A stretch of DNA of 64,000 nt from an uncultured delta proteobacterium (GTDB taxonomy: Bacteria > Myxococcota_A > Polyangia > Polyangiales > Polyangiaceae): positions 864,001 through 928,000 of the forward strand of contig CAVOKF010000007.1 in the NCBI GenBank assembly GCA_963696385.1. The letters are read 5' to 3'. The position numbers and the translations under genes were made by a program. Each line of letters opens with the position of its first letter. Position 1 is the first letter of the stretch. This document shows, piece after piece, positions 11,281 through 21,057 of the stretch. The notes below the pieces were generated by a model that saw only the letters and a program-made list of their open reading frames with translations, did no database searches and was not told the DNA's origin.

Positions 11281-11537
11281 GGGGATCTTCGAGGTCGCGG
11301 GTTGGGGACGCGGTCGCGGTAGTCGCGGTCGAGGGGTCGAGGGTCGATCGATACCGCGCGTGCATAAAAATGGGTGGCCGGCGGAACTGCCTCTCTATGC
11401 CCGTTCAGCCTGGTGCGGCCGGGTTTTGCGGGCGATCTTGGGTCCGTCGGTAGCCGAGCTGCGCTATTTCGATGCCGACTTCGCAAGGCGTGTCATATAA
11501 GCGGCGGCCAGGCCGCTTTCCTCGGAGGTTCTTCGCT

Positions 11538-13379
11538 ATGTCCGCTATCGAGTCACGCGTGTTCAGAAGCCGCCCCCAGCACTCCTCGCCGACTTGGGCG
11601 CGACTGGTCTTTCGCGGCGTCGCGGTCGCAACCTTCTCGCTCGCGCTGGCTTCTGCGTGCAGCAGTTCGGGCAACGGCGGAAACGTCTCCGGCAACGGCG
11701 GCAATGGCAGCACCAACAGCGGCAGCGGAACCAACTACAGCAACGGCAACAGCAACAGCAACAGCACCAACACCGGTAGCGGGACCAACTACAGCAACGG
11801 CGGCAGCAACAGCACCAACACCGGCAGCGGCAGCGGCAACACCGGCAACGGCAGCGGCAACACCGGTAACGGCAGCGGCAACACCGGCAACGGCAGCGGC
11901 AACACCGGCAACGGCAGCGGCAACACCGGCAGCGGCAGCGGCAACACCGGCAACAACTCGGGGATCACCGATGGGGGCGGCGACAGCACGGTCTCGCCCG
12001 CAGATGGCAGCTCGGGCTGCACGAATACCGACACGAGCGTGATCAACATCGACTCGTCGGGATGGGCTTGCAATAACCAATGGGACATCGAGGGAGCGTG
12101 GTACTGCTACGCCGATAGCGACGGCACGAGTGACTGCGGCGGAACGGGCGCCATTCCGTACAAGGCGGCGTCGAGCGGCATGTGCATCAGCGGCACGACG
12201 AGTACATCGACCAGCGGCGCCTACGGTGCCGCCATCGGGCTCGTCCTCAACCAAGTCGCGCAAAACGACGCCGACAAGCTGTCCTACAACGCGACGGCCA
12301 AGAACATCGTGGGCTTCGCCATCACGGTGACGGGCACCACCGGCGGGTCGGTTCTCAACGTGAACTTCCCGTTTGGGGGAAAGCCCGGGGTGACGTCGAC
12401 CGGAGAGAACCCGGCGGTGACCCTGCCCGGCGTGAGCAGCGGATCCTCGCCGATCACGTACAACGTCATGATCGCCGACGCGATCATTTCGGACAACACC
12501 ACCGCGTTCCCCGCCACCACGGTCAACGCCTCGGAACTCAACGACATTCAAGTGGCTATACCCAGCTCGGACGGCATCGCTCACGCGTACAACTACTGCG
12601 TGACCAAGATCGTGCCGATCACGGCGGCGGCCGCCGCGCCGGCCACCCAAGGCAACTACGGACCGGCCTTCAACGAAGGCAAACAAATCGTGCTCGAAGG
12701 GCTCGGCCCGTACGGTATCCAGAACGACCCCTTTGGCATCGGTAGCGATCCCATCAGCGTGCAAGCCACGTACGGAGGCGGCCAAATCGGCTTCTCGGCG
12801 ACGCCCTCATTCAACACGGTCGGCTCGAACACGCCCGGCGCGTTCCCCTCGATCGTCTACGGCTGGATAAACGGCGCAAACGTCTTGGGCGCATCGGAGG
12901 GCGGCTATGCCGCCAACAAGTCGATCGGATCGCTGACCTCCGTGAAGTCGAACTGGTCGTACACGGCGGGCAGCGGGTCGTGGGATGCCGCCTACGATAC
13001 CTGGCTGGCCGGCTCTGCGGACCCACTTACCGCCGGATACGAGCTCATGGTTTGGCTCGGCCATGGCAGCGTCAACCCGATCGGTGCCCCAGGCACGTCG
13101 GTAACGGTGTCGGGCGCGACGTGGACCGTCAGCGAAGGCACCGACCACACGGGCCAGCCCGTCGTCTCCTATCTCAGCCCGAGCAACATGGCCTCCGTGA
13201 CCGATTTCGATCTGCTGCCGTTCTTTCAGGAGGCCGCAACGAGCCATCGGGGCACCGGGGGTCCAAACAACGAGCCGGCCATCAGCACGAGCACCATCCT
13301 GCTCAGCGTGCAGGCTGGCTTTGAGCTGTATGAATCCGGAACATGGACGACGAATTCGTACAGCATTAGTATCCAGTAA
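11538..13379 (+). CDS. Lipoprotein with Asn/Gly-rich linker, carbohydrate-binding-like domain and C-terminal GH12 glycoside hydrolase domain
   Basis: GGAGG RBS; lipobox ASAC; GH12-type motifs FPSIVYG, WDAAYDTW, YELMVWL (nucleophile Glu), PIG and VQAGFE (acid/base Glu). Confidence 0.8.
   Translation: MSAIESRVFRSRPQHSSPTWARLVFRGVAVATFSLALASACSSSGNGGNVSGNGGNGSTNSGSGTNYSNGNSNSNSTNTGSGTNYSNGGSNSTNTGSGSGNTGNGSGNTGNGSGNTGNGSGNTGNGSGNTGSGSGNTGNNSGITDGGGDSTVSPADGSSGCTNTDTSVINIDSSGWACNNQWDIEGAWYCYADSDGTSDCGGTGAIPYKAASSGMCISGTTSTSTSGAYGAAIGLVLNQVAQNDADKLSYNATAKNIVGFAITVTGTTGGSVLNVNFPFGGKPGVTSTGENPAVTLPGVSSGSSPITYNVMIADAIISDNTTAFPATTVNASELNDIQVAIPSSDGIAHAYNYCVTKIVPITAAAAAPATQGNYGPAFNEGKQIVLEGLGPYGIQNDPFGIGSDPISVQATYGGGQIGFSATPSFNTVGSNTPGAFPSIVYGWINGANVLGASEGGYAANKSIGSLTSVKSNWSYTAGSGSWDAAYDTWLAGSADPLTAGYELMVWLGHGSVNPIGAPGTSVTVSGATWTVSEGTDHTGQPVVSYLSPSNMASVTDFDLLPFFQEAATSHRGTGGPNNEPAISTSTILLSVQAGFELYESGTWTTNSYSISIQ
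11817..11954 (+). repeat. 21-bp coding tandem repeat, about 6.5 copies, encoding NTG(N/S)GSG
   Basis: aacaccggcaacggcagcggc units read directly. Confidence 0.95.
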
Positions 13380-13517
13380 CGAGTCATTCATTGCGCCCTC
13401 GCGTTGCCTCGCTCGGTGACGCCAACAGGGGCGGCCCGCCCCCCGCTGGTCGCCCCGCTGCGCAGTCTGGAGTCGGTAGCGCACCGGGGGGCACTGCAAG
13501 GGGACCCGGTGAAGAAA

Positions 13518-14735
13518 ATGTCGAAGACGCTCCGTTACGCCTCGGCGGTGTGGATCCTGGGCGGGCTGGCCTTCGGGGGCTGGGCCGCAGGGTGCTCCAG
13601 CACCCCAACGAACGGCAATCCAGCGGGAACCGGAACCAAGGACGCCGCGGCGGGAACCGACTCCGGGTCGTCGGCAAAGGTCGACGGCGCTACGACGGCG
13701 ACCGACGCCTGTACGCCCAGCGAAGCCGGCGGCGATGGCGGCGACGCGGGCTCGTATACCTACACGCTCATCGACAATATGGAGACGACGACGCACGGCC
13801 CAATCCAGCTCGCCGGGATCAACCCGCCGTATACACCGGCTTACTGGTTCAACTTCGGAGCCACCGACGAGGACGGCGGAGACATGGCGACGCCGCCCAT
13901 CACGATGTTCACGTTCACGGCGCTCCCCAGCCCGACGACAACGCTCAACTGCACCGAGAGCTTTCACGCCGCTCACCAAGAATGCCTGCTCTACGGCCAA
14001 TACGACGTTTGCGGGATCGGGCTCGAGTTCGTCCAACTGCCGGTGACGGATGTGGAGGACGGCGGCGGAGGCGAAGACGGCGGCGCGACTGGAAACGCGG
14101 ACGCGGCGAGCAGCGATGGGGCGACCCTGGACGCGGGCGGGGCGAGCAGCGATGGGGCGATCCACGACGCGGGCGGGGCGAGCAGCGATGGGGCGATCCA
14201 CGACGCGGGCGCGGATGGCGGCGACCCCTCGACGGGAGATGCCGGCGATGCGGACGGCAACGCGGGGACTGCAGACGCGAACGAGGACGGCGGCGACGCG
14301 GCCTCGATTCCTCGCGTCACCGTGCCGTTCGACATCAGTCAGTACAAGGGCATCACCTTCTGGGGTAGGGCAGCGGCCGACAGCGAGGGGCTCGACGCCG
14401 GTGGGCTCAGCATCAAGGTTGAATTCCCCGATACGGACACCGATCCGCGGGGCGGGGTTTGCGACAGCGCGGTCGCTGGCGTCCCCTACGTGGGGTATAC
14501 TGGATTTTGCTACAATAGCTATGCAGAGACTGTGACGTTTACCGACGAATGGCAGCAGTTTACGATCCTGTTTTCTCAGCTGGCCATTGATTCGACGTTC
14601 GGTTACCAGCATCCGGGGCCGTTTACGGGCACGAACGTGTACGGCATCGAGTGGCAGGGCCAGGACAACAACGCGCCAGGCATGGGCTCGGTGACGGTGG
14701 ACTTCTGGGTCGACACCGTTTACTTCATCCAATAA
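13518..14735 (+). CDS. Lipoprotein with CBM11/CIA30-like beta-sandwich interrupted by an Asp/Ala/Gly-rich insert
   Basis: Lipobox AAGC; LIDNME, FDISQYKGITFWGR, WQQFTILFSQL, VDFWVDTVYF. Confidence 0.75.
   Translation: MSKTLRYASAVWILGGLAFGGWAAGCSSTPTNGNPAGTGTKDAAAGTDSGSSAKVDGATTATDACTPSEAGGDGGDAGSYTYTLIDNMETTTHGPIQLAGINPPYTPAYWFNFGATDEDGGDMATPPITMFTFTALPSPTTTLNCTESFHAAHQECLLYGQYDVCGIGLEFVQLPVTDVEDGGGGEDGGATGNADAASSDGATLDAGGASSDGAIHDAGGASSDGAIHDAGADGGDPSTGDAGDADGNAGTADANEDGGDAASIPRVTVPFDISQYKGITFWGRAAADSEGLDAGGLSIKVEFPDTDTDPRGGVCDSAVAGVPYVGYTGFCYNSYAETVTFTDEWQQFTILFSQLAIDSTFGYQHPGPFTGTNVYGIEWQGQDNNAPGMGSVTVDFWVDTVYFIQ
14106..14210 (+). repeat. 36-bp coding tandem repeat x3 encoding ASSDGA(T/I)(L/H)DAGG
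   Basis: gcgagcagcgatggggcga...gacgcgggc units read directly. Confidence 0.9.
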
Positions 14736-14752
14736 TCGTCGCGCGCGACACG

Positions 14753-14827
14753 GCCGGTAGCCGTCACGGCGTCGACGGGCCGCCGGGCCGGATGCGCAAG
14801 GCCGTCCGTGACGGCCGATCGACCGGC
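14753..14827. terminator. Inverted repeat between convergent genes, possible terminator hairpin
   Basis: gccgtcacgg (14760-14769) pairs with ccgtgacggc (14806-14815); outer gccggt/accggc; no U-tract. Confidence 0.3.
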
Positions 14828-14856
14828 TCGTCGACGCCTGCGCCCGGCCCGCGGCA

Positions 14857-16335
14857 TTACCTCAGCCCGGCCGGGGCACGCCAATCGTGGACCGCTGTCG
14901 TATCGCTGTCGGCACCGTTCGGGCGATACCCGAGGAATCGCTGCTCTTTGATGACCCGCGCCACTTCGGTCGGAACCATCTTCTCCCAGGCCGGGTCGGA
15001 GGCCTGAATCTTTTTCAAGGCGTCCGGAGAGAACATCGACAAGTGCTCTTCGGTGTATCGCTCGAGCGCGCGGATGTTGCCGTTGTCGACCAGATAGCCG
15101 TAGAGCTTGTGCAAATCCGGCGCGATGGGGAGGTTTTCGACGGTCGTGAGCCCGCCGGTCTCCGCGTCCAAGAAAGGATAAATGTAGAGGCGCAAATCGT
15201 ATTTGAACAAGCGCCCGAACGACTCGAGAATGCCCCCTTGGAGCTCCGTATAGTACTTTCGGTCGAAGACGTCTTTCAGGCTTGCCGCACCCATAACAAT
15301 CGCAATCTTCATCTTGGTGAATTGCGTGAGGTAAGCGGCCAGCTGGTAGTATTGAAAGTAGTCGGAGATCATCACGGTCATGCCCGCGGCTGCGAGCATC
15401 TCGGCGCGCGCGAGAAAGTCGCTCCGGTTCACCTCGCCGCCTTCGGCGCGCAAGTCGCGCATCGTGACTTCCATCACGCGCACGATGGCGCCGCCCTCGT
15501 TGCCGACGTCGCGTCGAAACTGCGACTCGGCCGAATCGAGCATGTCGACGTGCACGAGGCAAAGAGGGCGAAACGCGCCGCGCTCGACCAGTACGTTGCG
15601 CTTGTGAAGGACCTCGGCCGGTTGGAGCACGTGACCGTTCGGCCCGAACATCGCAGCGCCCGACAAGCCGATCTGCACGAGCTTCATGCTCATCAGTCGG
15701 TTGTCGACGTGGCGAAACTCGATCCCCGAGAACTCGATCATGTCGATTTCGATGCGGTCGATGGTGAGGTTGTCGAGCAGCGACTCGACGAGCATCTCGG
15801 GCTCGTGGAATAGGAAAAAGGCGCCGTAGAGCAGGTTGACTCCGACGATCCCGAGCGCCTCCTGCTGAAGGGCGTTCTCCTTGTCCTTCATGCGGACGTG
15901 AAGAATGATTTGACTGTCCTGGTCGCGGGGATGGGATTGAAACTTGACGCCCATCCAGCCGTGGCATTCGTTGGTTCCGCGGTAGTTGCGCGCCGACACG
16001 GTGTCCGCGAAAGCGAAGAAGGCCGTGTGGTCGCCGCGGCTCTCCTTGAGGCGGTTGAGGTTGAGGTCGTGCTCGTAGTCGAGCATCGACTGAAGCCTCT
16101 GGCGGCACACGTAGCGTTCGGCTTTGCCGTAAATCGCGTCGCTCACCGTCATGTCGTAGGCGGAAATGCTCTTGGCGATCGTGCCTGCACCGCCTCCGAC
16201 GCGGAAAAACCACCGGACCACCTCCTGACCGGCGCCGATCTCGGCGAACGTGCCGTAGCGGCGCGCGTCGAGGTTGATTGTCAACGCCTTGGAGTGCGTG
16301 TCCTTGACCGTCTGGGTTGCGGCGTACGTCACCAT
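14857..16335 (-). CDS. Conserved cytoplasmic protein with a C-terminal nucleotidyltransferase-like domain (NadD-like)
   Basis: YGTFAEIGAGQEVVRWFF, TIAKSISAYD, CHGWMG; RGAFRP...H resembles the GxFxP-HxGH region of cytidylyltransferase-like folds; no signal peptide. Confidence 0.7.
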   Translation of the reverse strand: MVTYAATQTVKDTHSKALTINLDARRYGTFAEIGAGQEVVRWFFRVGGGAGTIAKSISAYDMTVSDAIYGKAERYVCRQRLQSMLDYEHDLNLNRLKESRGDHTAFFAFADTVSARNYRGTNECHGWMGVKFQSHPRDQDSQIILHVRMKDKENALQQEALGIVGVNLLYGAFFLFHEPEMLVESLLDNLTIDRIEIDMIEFSGIEFRHVDNRLMSMKLVQIGLSGAAMFGPNGHVLQPAEVLHKRNVLVERGAFRPLCLVHVDMLDSAESQFRRDVGNEGGAIVRVMEVTMRDLRAEGGEVNRSDFLARAEMLAAAGMTVMISDYFQYYQLAAYLTQFTKMKIAIVMGAASLKDVFDRKYYTELQGGILESFGRLFKYDLRLYIYPFLDAETGGLTTVENLPIAPDLHKLYGYLVDNGNIRALERYTEEHLSMFSPDALKKIQASDPAWEKMVPTEVARVIKEQRFLGYRPNGADSDTTAVHDWRAPAGLR

Positions 16336-16594
16336 GGTGGGGGCGATGCTAGCGCATCGACGGTCCGGCAGTCGTTGCGCGAGCCACGAAACGTTTCGTA
16401 TTCGATCCTCATCATGTGTCTGGACGATGAATTTTCATTTTCGCGAGGACCGGCCGACGCGGAGTTTCGTGTTCCCCAACCCGAACGCACGATCCGAGTC
16501 GCGCCCTCCTTGCACGGCTGCAGTGGCCCGATAGCATTCGACGCGTTCTGCTCCAATTCGTAGATGGTATTCCGGCGTTTTCGGGTCGACGGCA

Positions 16595-19294
16595 ATGACC
16601 GCGAGCCCGCGGAGCATTCTGCCGACGTCGCTGCAATCGAGCGTCCTGCGCGACGCGCTCGAGCGGCACCGCGCGAGTTTGCTCGCGCGCCTCGAAAACA
16701 ACGAAGACGGAATGGCGCTCGGACGGGCCAACGCCCGATTTCTCAACGCGTGCTTCAACGCACTGTTCGAAGGGGCGGCACGGCTCGCGGGCCTGCCGCG
16801 CGGGGTGGCGCTGGCCGCCGCCGGAAGCTTCGGGCGAGGTGCCGTCGCCCTGCGGAGCGATGCCGACGTGGTGCTCATCGTGGACCCCAACGTCGTCGCG
16901 AGCGACGAGGCGTCCGGACTCGCGAGCGCGCTTCTCTATCCGCTCTGGGACGCCAACTTGGCGGTGGGCCATCAGGTGTTGAGCGCGACCGACGCCGTCA
17001 TGCTGGCGCAGCGGGACCTGGCCACGGCCACGGCTCTGCTCGACCTGCGTCTGTTGGGGGGCGACGAAGCCTTGCTCCGCGGGCTCATCGCCCGCGCTCA
17101 TGAGGGCCTCTTCGACGAAGAAGGCATGGGCTCGTTCATCGACAGGCTCGAGAGGGAATCCGAGGCGCGGCACGAGCGCTTCGGCGCCTCGCTGTACTTG
17201 CTCGAACCGGACGTGAAGAACGGCGCCGGCGCGCTCCGAGACCTCGACGGGGCGCGCTGGGCCGCGTGCGCGAGGTATCCGAACGTCGGACATGAGCCGA
17301 ACGCGAAGCTCGGCGTCTGGGGAGGTCTTCTGCGTCTCGGGGTCCTGGTGGACCGCGAAGCGCAGGAACTGGCGCAAGCCGAAGAGTTCCTCTGGCGCGT
17401 GCGCAACCGGCTGCATGCCCGGGCCGACCGAAAGACCGATCGACTCGGGTTCGAAGATCAGGAAGCGCTCGCGGTCGCGATGGGCTACGGCACCGACCGA
17501 GCGTGTGCGGCCGAGAGGCTGATGCAAGTCTTCTATCTGAACGCGAGGGCCGCCACGCGCGCGCGCGCCAAGCTGTTCGACCGCGTGCGACCCCAAAGGC
17601 GGCGAGGCAAGCCGGCGGCGCCCGTAGACCTCGGGGATGGCACGCAGATCTTCGAGGGCCAGATCACGATTGCCGATAGCGACGAACTGCAACGCGACCC
17701 AGCGCTCGCGATGCGCGTGCTGACCGCCTGCGTGCGCCAAAGGGCACCGATCCTGCCGTTCGCTCGCGATGCCCTCGCGCGGGCGGCCGAGGACCCGGTA
17801 TGGAGCGAGGCGCTGCGCGCCAGCCCTCGAGCGGCCACGCTCTTCGTCGAACTCGTCTGCACCGTCCGCGAGACGCGCACTCGGCGCGGATCGATCGTCG
17901 GAGAGCTGCACGACCTGGGGTTGCTGCTGGCCATGATCCCCGAGTTTTTACCCGTTACCGGCCGAGTCCACCACGACGTCTATCACGTGTACACGGTCGA
18001 CGTTCATTCCGTGGCCGCCGTCGATCGGTTGCGCCAGCTGGCGCGCGGCGAACTGGCCCACGAGTTTCCTCTGGCGACACGGCTCGCCGCCGAAATCGCG
18101 CGCCCCCGGCCCCTGTTCCTCGCCACCCTTCTGCACGACATCGGCAAGGGCTGGCCGGATGCCAGCGGTTCGCGCCAGAGTCACTCGACCGCGGGGGCGG
18201 CGCTCTGCGAGACGATCCTCGCCCGACTCGGCTTCTCCCCGGAGGAGATCGACGAAGCGCGTCAGCTCGTTCGCGATCATCTCGTCATGTACCACGTGGC
18301 GACGCGACGGGACCTCGACGAGATGGCGACCATCGAGGAGTTCTGCCGCGCCGTTCCCGGTCGCGAGGCGCTTCGCAATCTTTACCTTCTCACCGTCGCC
18401 GACGTGAGTACGACGTCGCCGACGGCCATGACCTCGTGGAAGGCCCGGATGCTCGAGGAACTCTATTTCGGCTCGGAGGGCTATCTCACCGGGCAGAAGG
18501 GCCGGGCGGACACCGAGCGTCTTCTGCGTGTGTGCGAAGCTGCGCGGGCGCTGTGGACCGGCCCGCGCGACAACTTCGATGCCTTGCTCGCGGCGTTGCC
18601 CGAGAGGTACCTGCTCGCCAACCAGCCGGAATCCATCGTGCAGCACGGCCGAGTCGTCGAGCAGCGCGGCAGCCGCGAGTCGCACATCGCCATCGTCACG
18701 TCACGGCACCCCGAAGCGGCGGAGCTCTGCGTGGTCGCCAACGATTGACCGGGTCTATTGGCCAGTATCGCGGCCGCGCTGACCGCGAACCGTCTGGAGG
18801 TGCTCACCGCGGAGGTGTATTCCCATCCGGTCGGGGCGGAGCGCGAAGCGCTCGATCTGTTCTGGGTGCGCGACCGCGACGGAGGCACCGAGGGTGTAGA
18901 GATGGCTCTTCCGCGACTCGCGCAAGACCTCGAAAGCGTGTGCTCCGGGTCGATCACGCCCTCGGACCTGCTGCGCATGCGAACCGGGTCGTCGTCTCCG
19001 TGGCGCGAACGGCCGAGCCCCGCGGTGCCCACCGAGATTCTGTTCGACAATCGCGCGTCGTCGCGCCACACGATCGTCGAGGTCTACGCCAAGGACCGGT
19101 CGGGGCTCTTGCACACGCTCGCCCAGGCCCTGCACGACCTCGGGCTGTCGATCGCATTGTCCAAGATCAACACGGAAGGAGCGCGCGTCGCCGACGTCTT
19201 TTACGTGGCCGAGCTCGACGGGCGCAAAGTGCCACCCGGGCCTCGCCACGCCGAGATCCGCGAGGCCCTCGCTCGCGCCATCGGGACGGCGTAG
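16595..19294 (+). CDS. glnD: [Protein-PII] uridylyltransferase, interrupted by an in-frame TGA at 18746-18748
   Basis: GSFGRG...SDAD nucleotidyltransferase motif, LEPDVKNGAGALRD, HVYTVDVHS, LLHDIGKG, two ACT domains (D*PGLL and DRSGLL). Confidence 0.93.
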
Positions 19295-19516
19295 CGCCGG
19301 GGCGCCGGGGCGCCGCTGGGAACGCAGGGTGCGCGCGCTTTTTCGTCCGCGAAACGGCGCGGGCGAGGTATTCGAGAACCGGATGCGAATCGGATGCCAC
19401 GAGTCGGCCCGTCGGGACGAGGAGAGGATCGCCAGCCGAACGGCGGCACCGGCCACGACCGCGTTCGACCGCGTGGCTGAAATGGCGACCGATCTGGCCG
19501 GCCGGACAACGACTCC

Positions 19517-20893
19517 GTGACGATGACGCATTCGGTCGGAGCGGTCGAGTGGACCCATCACGACACGCTTCTGATGGCGTTCGGGGCCCTGACGATGATT
19601 GGCATCGTGACGCTCATCGCAGGCGCCCGAGTCCACCCCTTCATTGCATTGACTCTGGCCTCGGCGGGGCTCGGCATGGCCGTCGGGCTACCTCACGACA
19701 AGGCGCTGGCCGCTTTCGGGAAAGGAGTCGGCGCCACTCTCAGCGGGGTCGGCATCGTCATCGTACTCGGTGCGACGACGGGCAAGCTGCTCGCCATCTC
19801 CGGAGGCGCCGACCGTGTCGTTTCGAGCATCGTCGACCGGGCAGGACCGCGCTCCATGCCCTGGGCGATCGCGCTCGGCGCAACGCTCATCGGCATTCCG
19901 CTGTTCTTCGAGGTGAGCGTCGTGCTCATCATGCCCATCATCCTCACGATCGCCCGCACAACTCGGCGGTCGAGTCTGCGTGTGGCCATCCCGGCGCTCG
20001 CGGGCGTCTCGGTGGCGCACGGATTGTTGCCCCCGCATCCCGCTCCGCTCGTCGCGGCCCGTCTCTTGAGCGCCGACGTGGGCCAAACGCTCGCGTACGG
20101 GCTGCTCGTCGCGGTGCCGACCGTTGCTGTCGCGGGGCCTGTTTTCGGTGGGTGGATATCCAATCGGATCGATCCACGGACCCGCGGCGGCAACCTCGAT
20201 CCGCCCGCGACCATCCCGTCGTCCGACGATTCGCCGAGCCTCTCGATCGCTCTATTGACACTGCTCTTGCCCGTCGGGCTGATGCTGCTCCGTGCGGGCG
20301 TCGACGTAGCTGGGGTGAGCGGCGCGTGGAGAGAGAGAGCTGACCTCGTGGGTCATCCCGTCGCGGCGCTGGTCCCTTCGCTCGGACTGGCGATGCTCAC
20401 CGTCGGCCGCAGCCGCAAGTCGGGGTTGCCACCCATGGGCGCGGTGATCCTCGACAGCCTCGTGTCGGTCGTCGGATTGGTGGCGATTATCGGTGCGGGC
20501 GGGGGATTCAAGGAGACCCTGATCGAAAGTGGCATCGGGTCATCCATTGCGAAGGTCGCGCAAAGCTCATCCGTGCCGCCGCTCCTGCTCGGGTGGCTTA
20601 TCGCCGTCGGCGTTCGCGTCGCCACCGGTTCGGCTACGGTCGCGACCGTCACCGCGTCGGGCATCGTTGCGCCACTCATACCTACGCTTCACCACGTAAA
20701 CCCTGCCCTTCTGGCCCTCTCGATCGGCGCAGGGTCGCTCTTCTTTTCGCACGTGAACGATGCCGGGTTTTGGCTGGTGAAAGAGTCGCTCGGCATGACG
20801 GTCGGCGAGACGATCCGGTCGTGGTCGGCCATGGAAACGCTCGTTTCGGTCGTTGCCATGGCATGCCTCCTCGCGCTCAGCGCGATTTACTGA
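19517..20893 (+). CDS. gntP: GntP-family gluconate:H+ symporter
   Basis: HPFIAL, GIPLFFEV, HGLLPPHPAP, RVATGSATVA, SHVNDAGFWLV; multiple TM helices. Confidence 0.9.
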   Translation: MTMTHSVGAVEWTHHDTLLMAFGALTMIGIVTLIAGARVHPFIALTLASAGLGMAVGLPHDKALAAFGKGVGATLSGVGIVIVLGATTGKLLAISGGADRVVSSIVDRAGPRSMPWAIALGATLIGIPLFFEVSVVLIMPIILTIARTTRRSSLRVAIPALAGVSVAHGLLPPHPAPLVAARLLSADVGQTLAYGLLVAVPTVAVAGPVFGGWISNRIDPRTRGGNLDPPATIPSSDDSPSLSIALLTLLLPVGLMLLRAGVDVAGVSGAWRERADLVGHPVAALVPSLGLAMLTVGRSRKSGLPPMGAVILDSLVSVVGLVAIIGAGGGFKETLIESGIGSSIAKVAQSSSVPPLLLGWLIAVGVRVATGSATVATVTASGIVAPLIPTLHHVNPALLALSIGAGSLFFSHVNDAGFWLVKESLGMTVGETIRSWSAMETLVSVVAMACLLALSAIY

Positions 20894-21057
20894 CGCGGCG
20901 ATCCAGTCGAGCGCGAATTGAACGGTATGCTTGACGATCGGCGTTAGGGCGACAAGCGTGCCCCTATGCGCCCGCAGTGGTACATAATCCATGCTTCACT
21001 GCCGCAGCGCATCCGGCGCAACCGGCGCACGTCGAGTCGCGGGAAACCGATACCGTC

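Noticed and set aside
11817..11954. Tandem repeats as a CRISPR array
   Set aside because: Units are contiguous, in frame and have no spacers; no cas genes are present. The same applies to the repeats at 14106, 39645 and 53703.
18746..18748. TGA in glnD as selenocysteine or programmed readthrough
   Set aside because: The conserved residue is Arg (DRPGLL), not Cys, and other genes here use TGA as a normal stop. A single C to T change explains it.
19329..19520. Short ORF overlapping the gntP start as a gluconokinase remnant
   Set aside because: No recognisable kinase motif.
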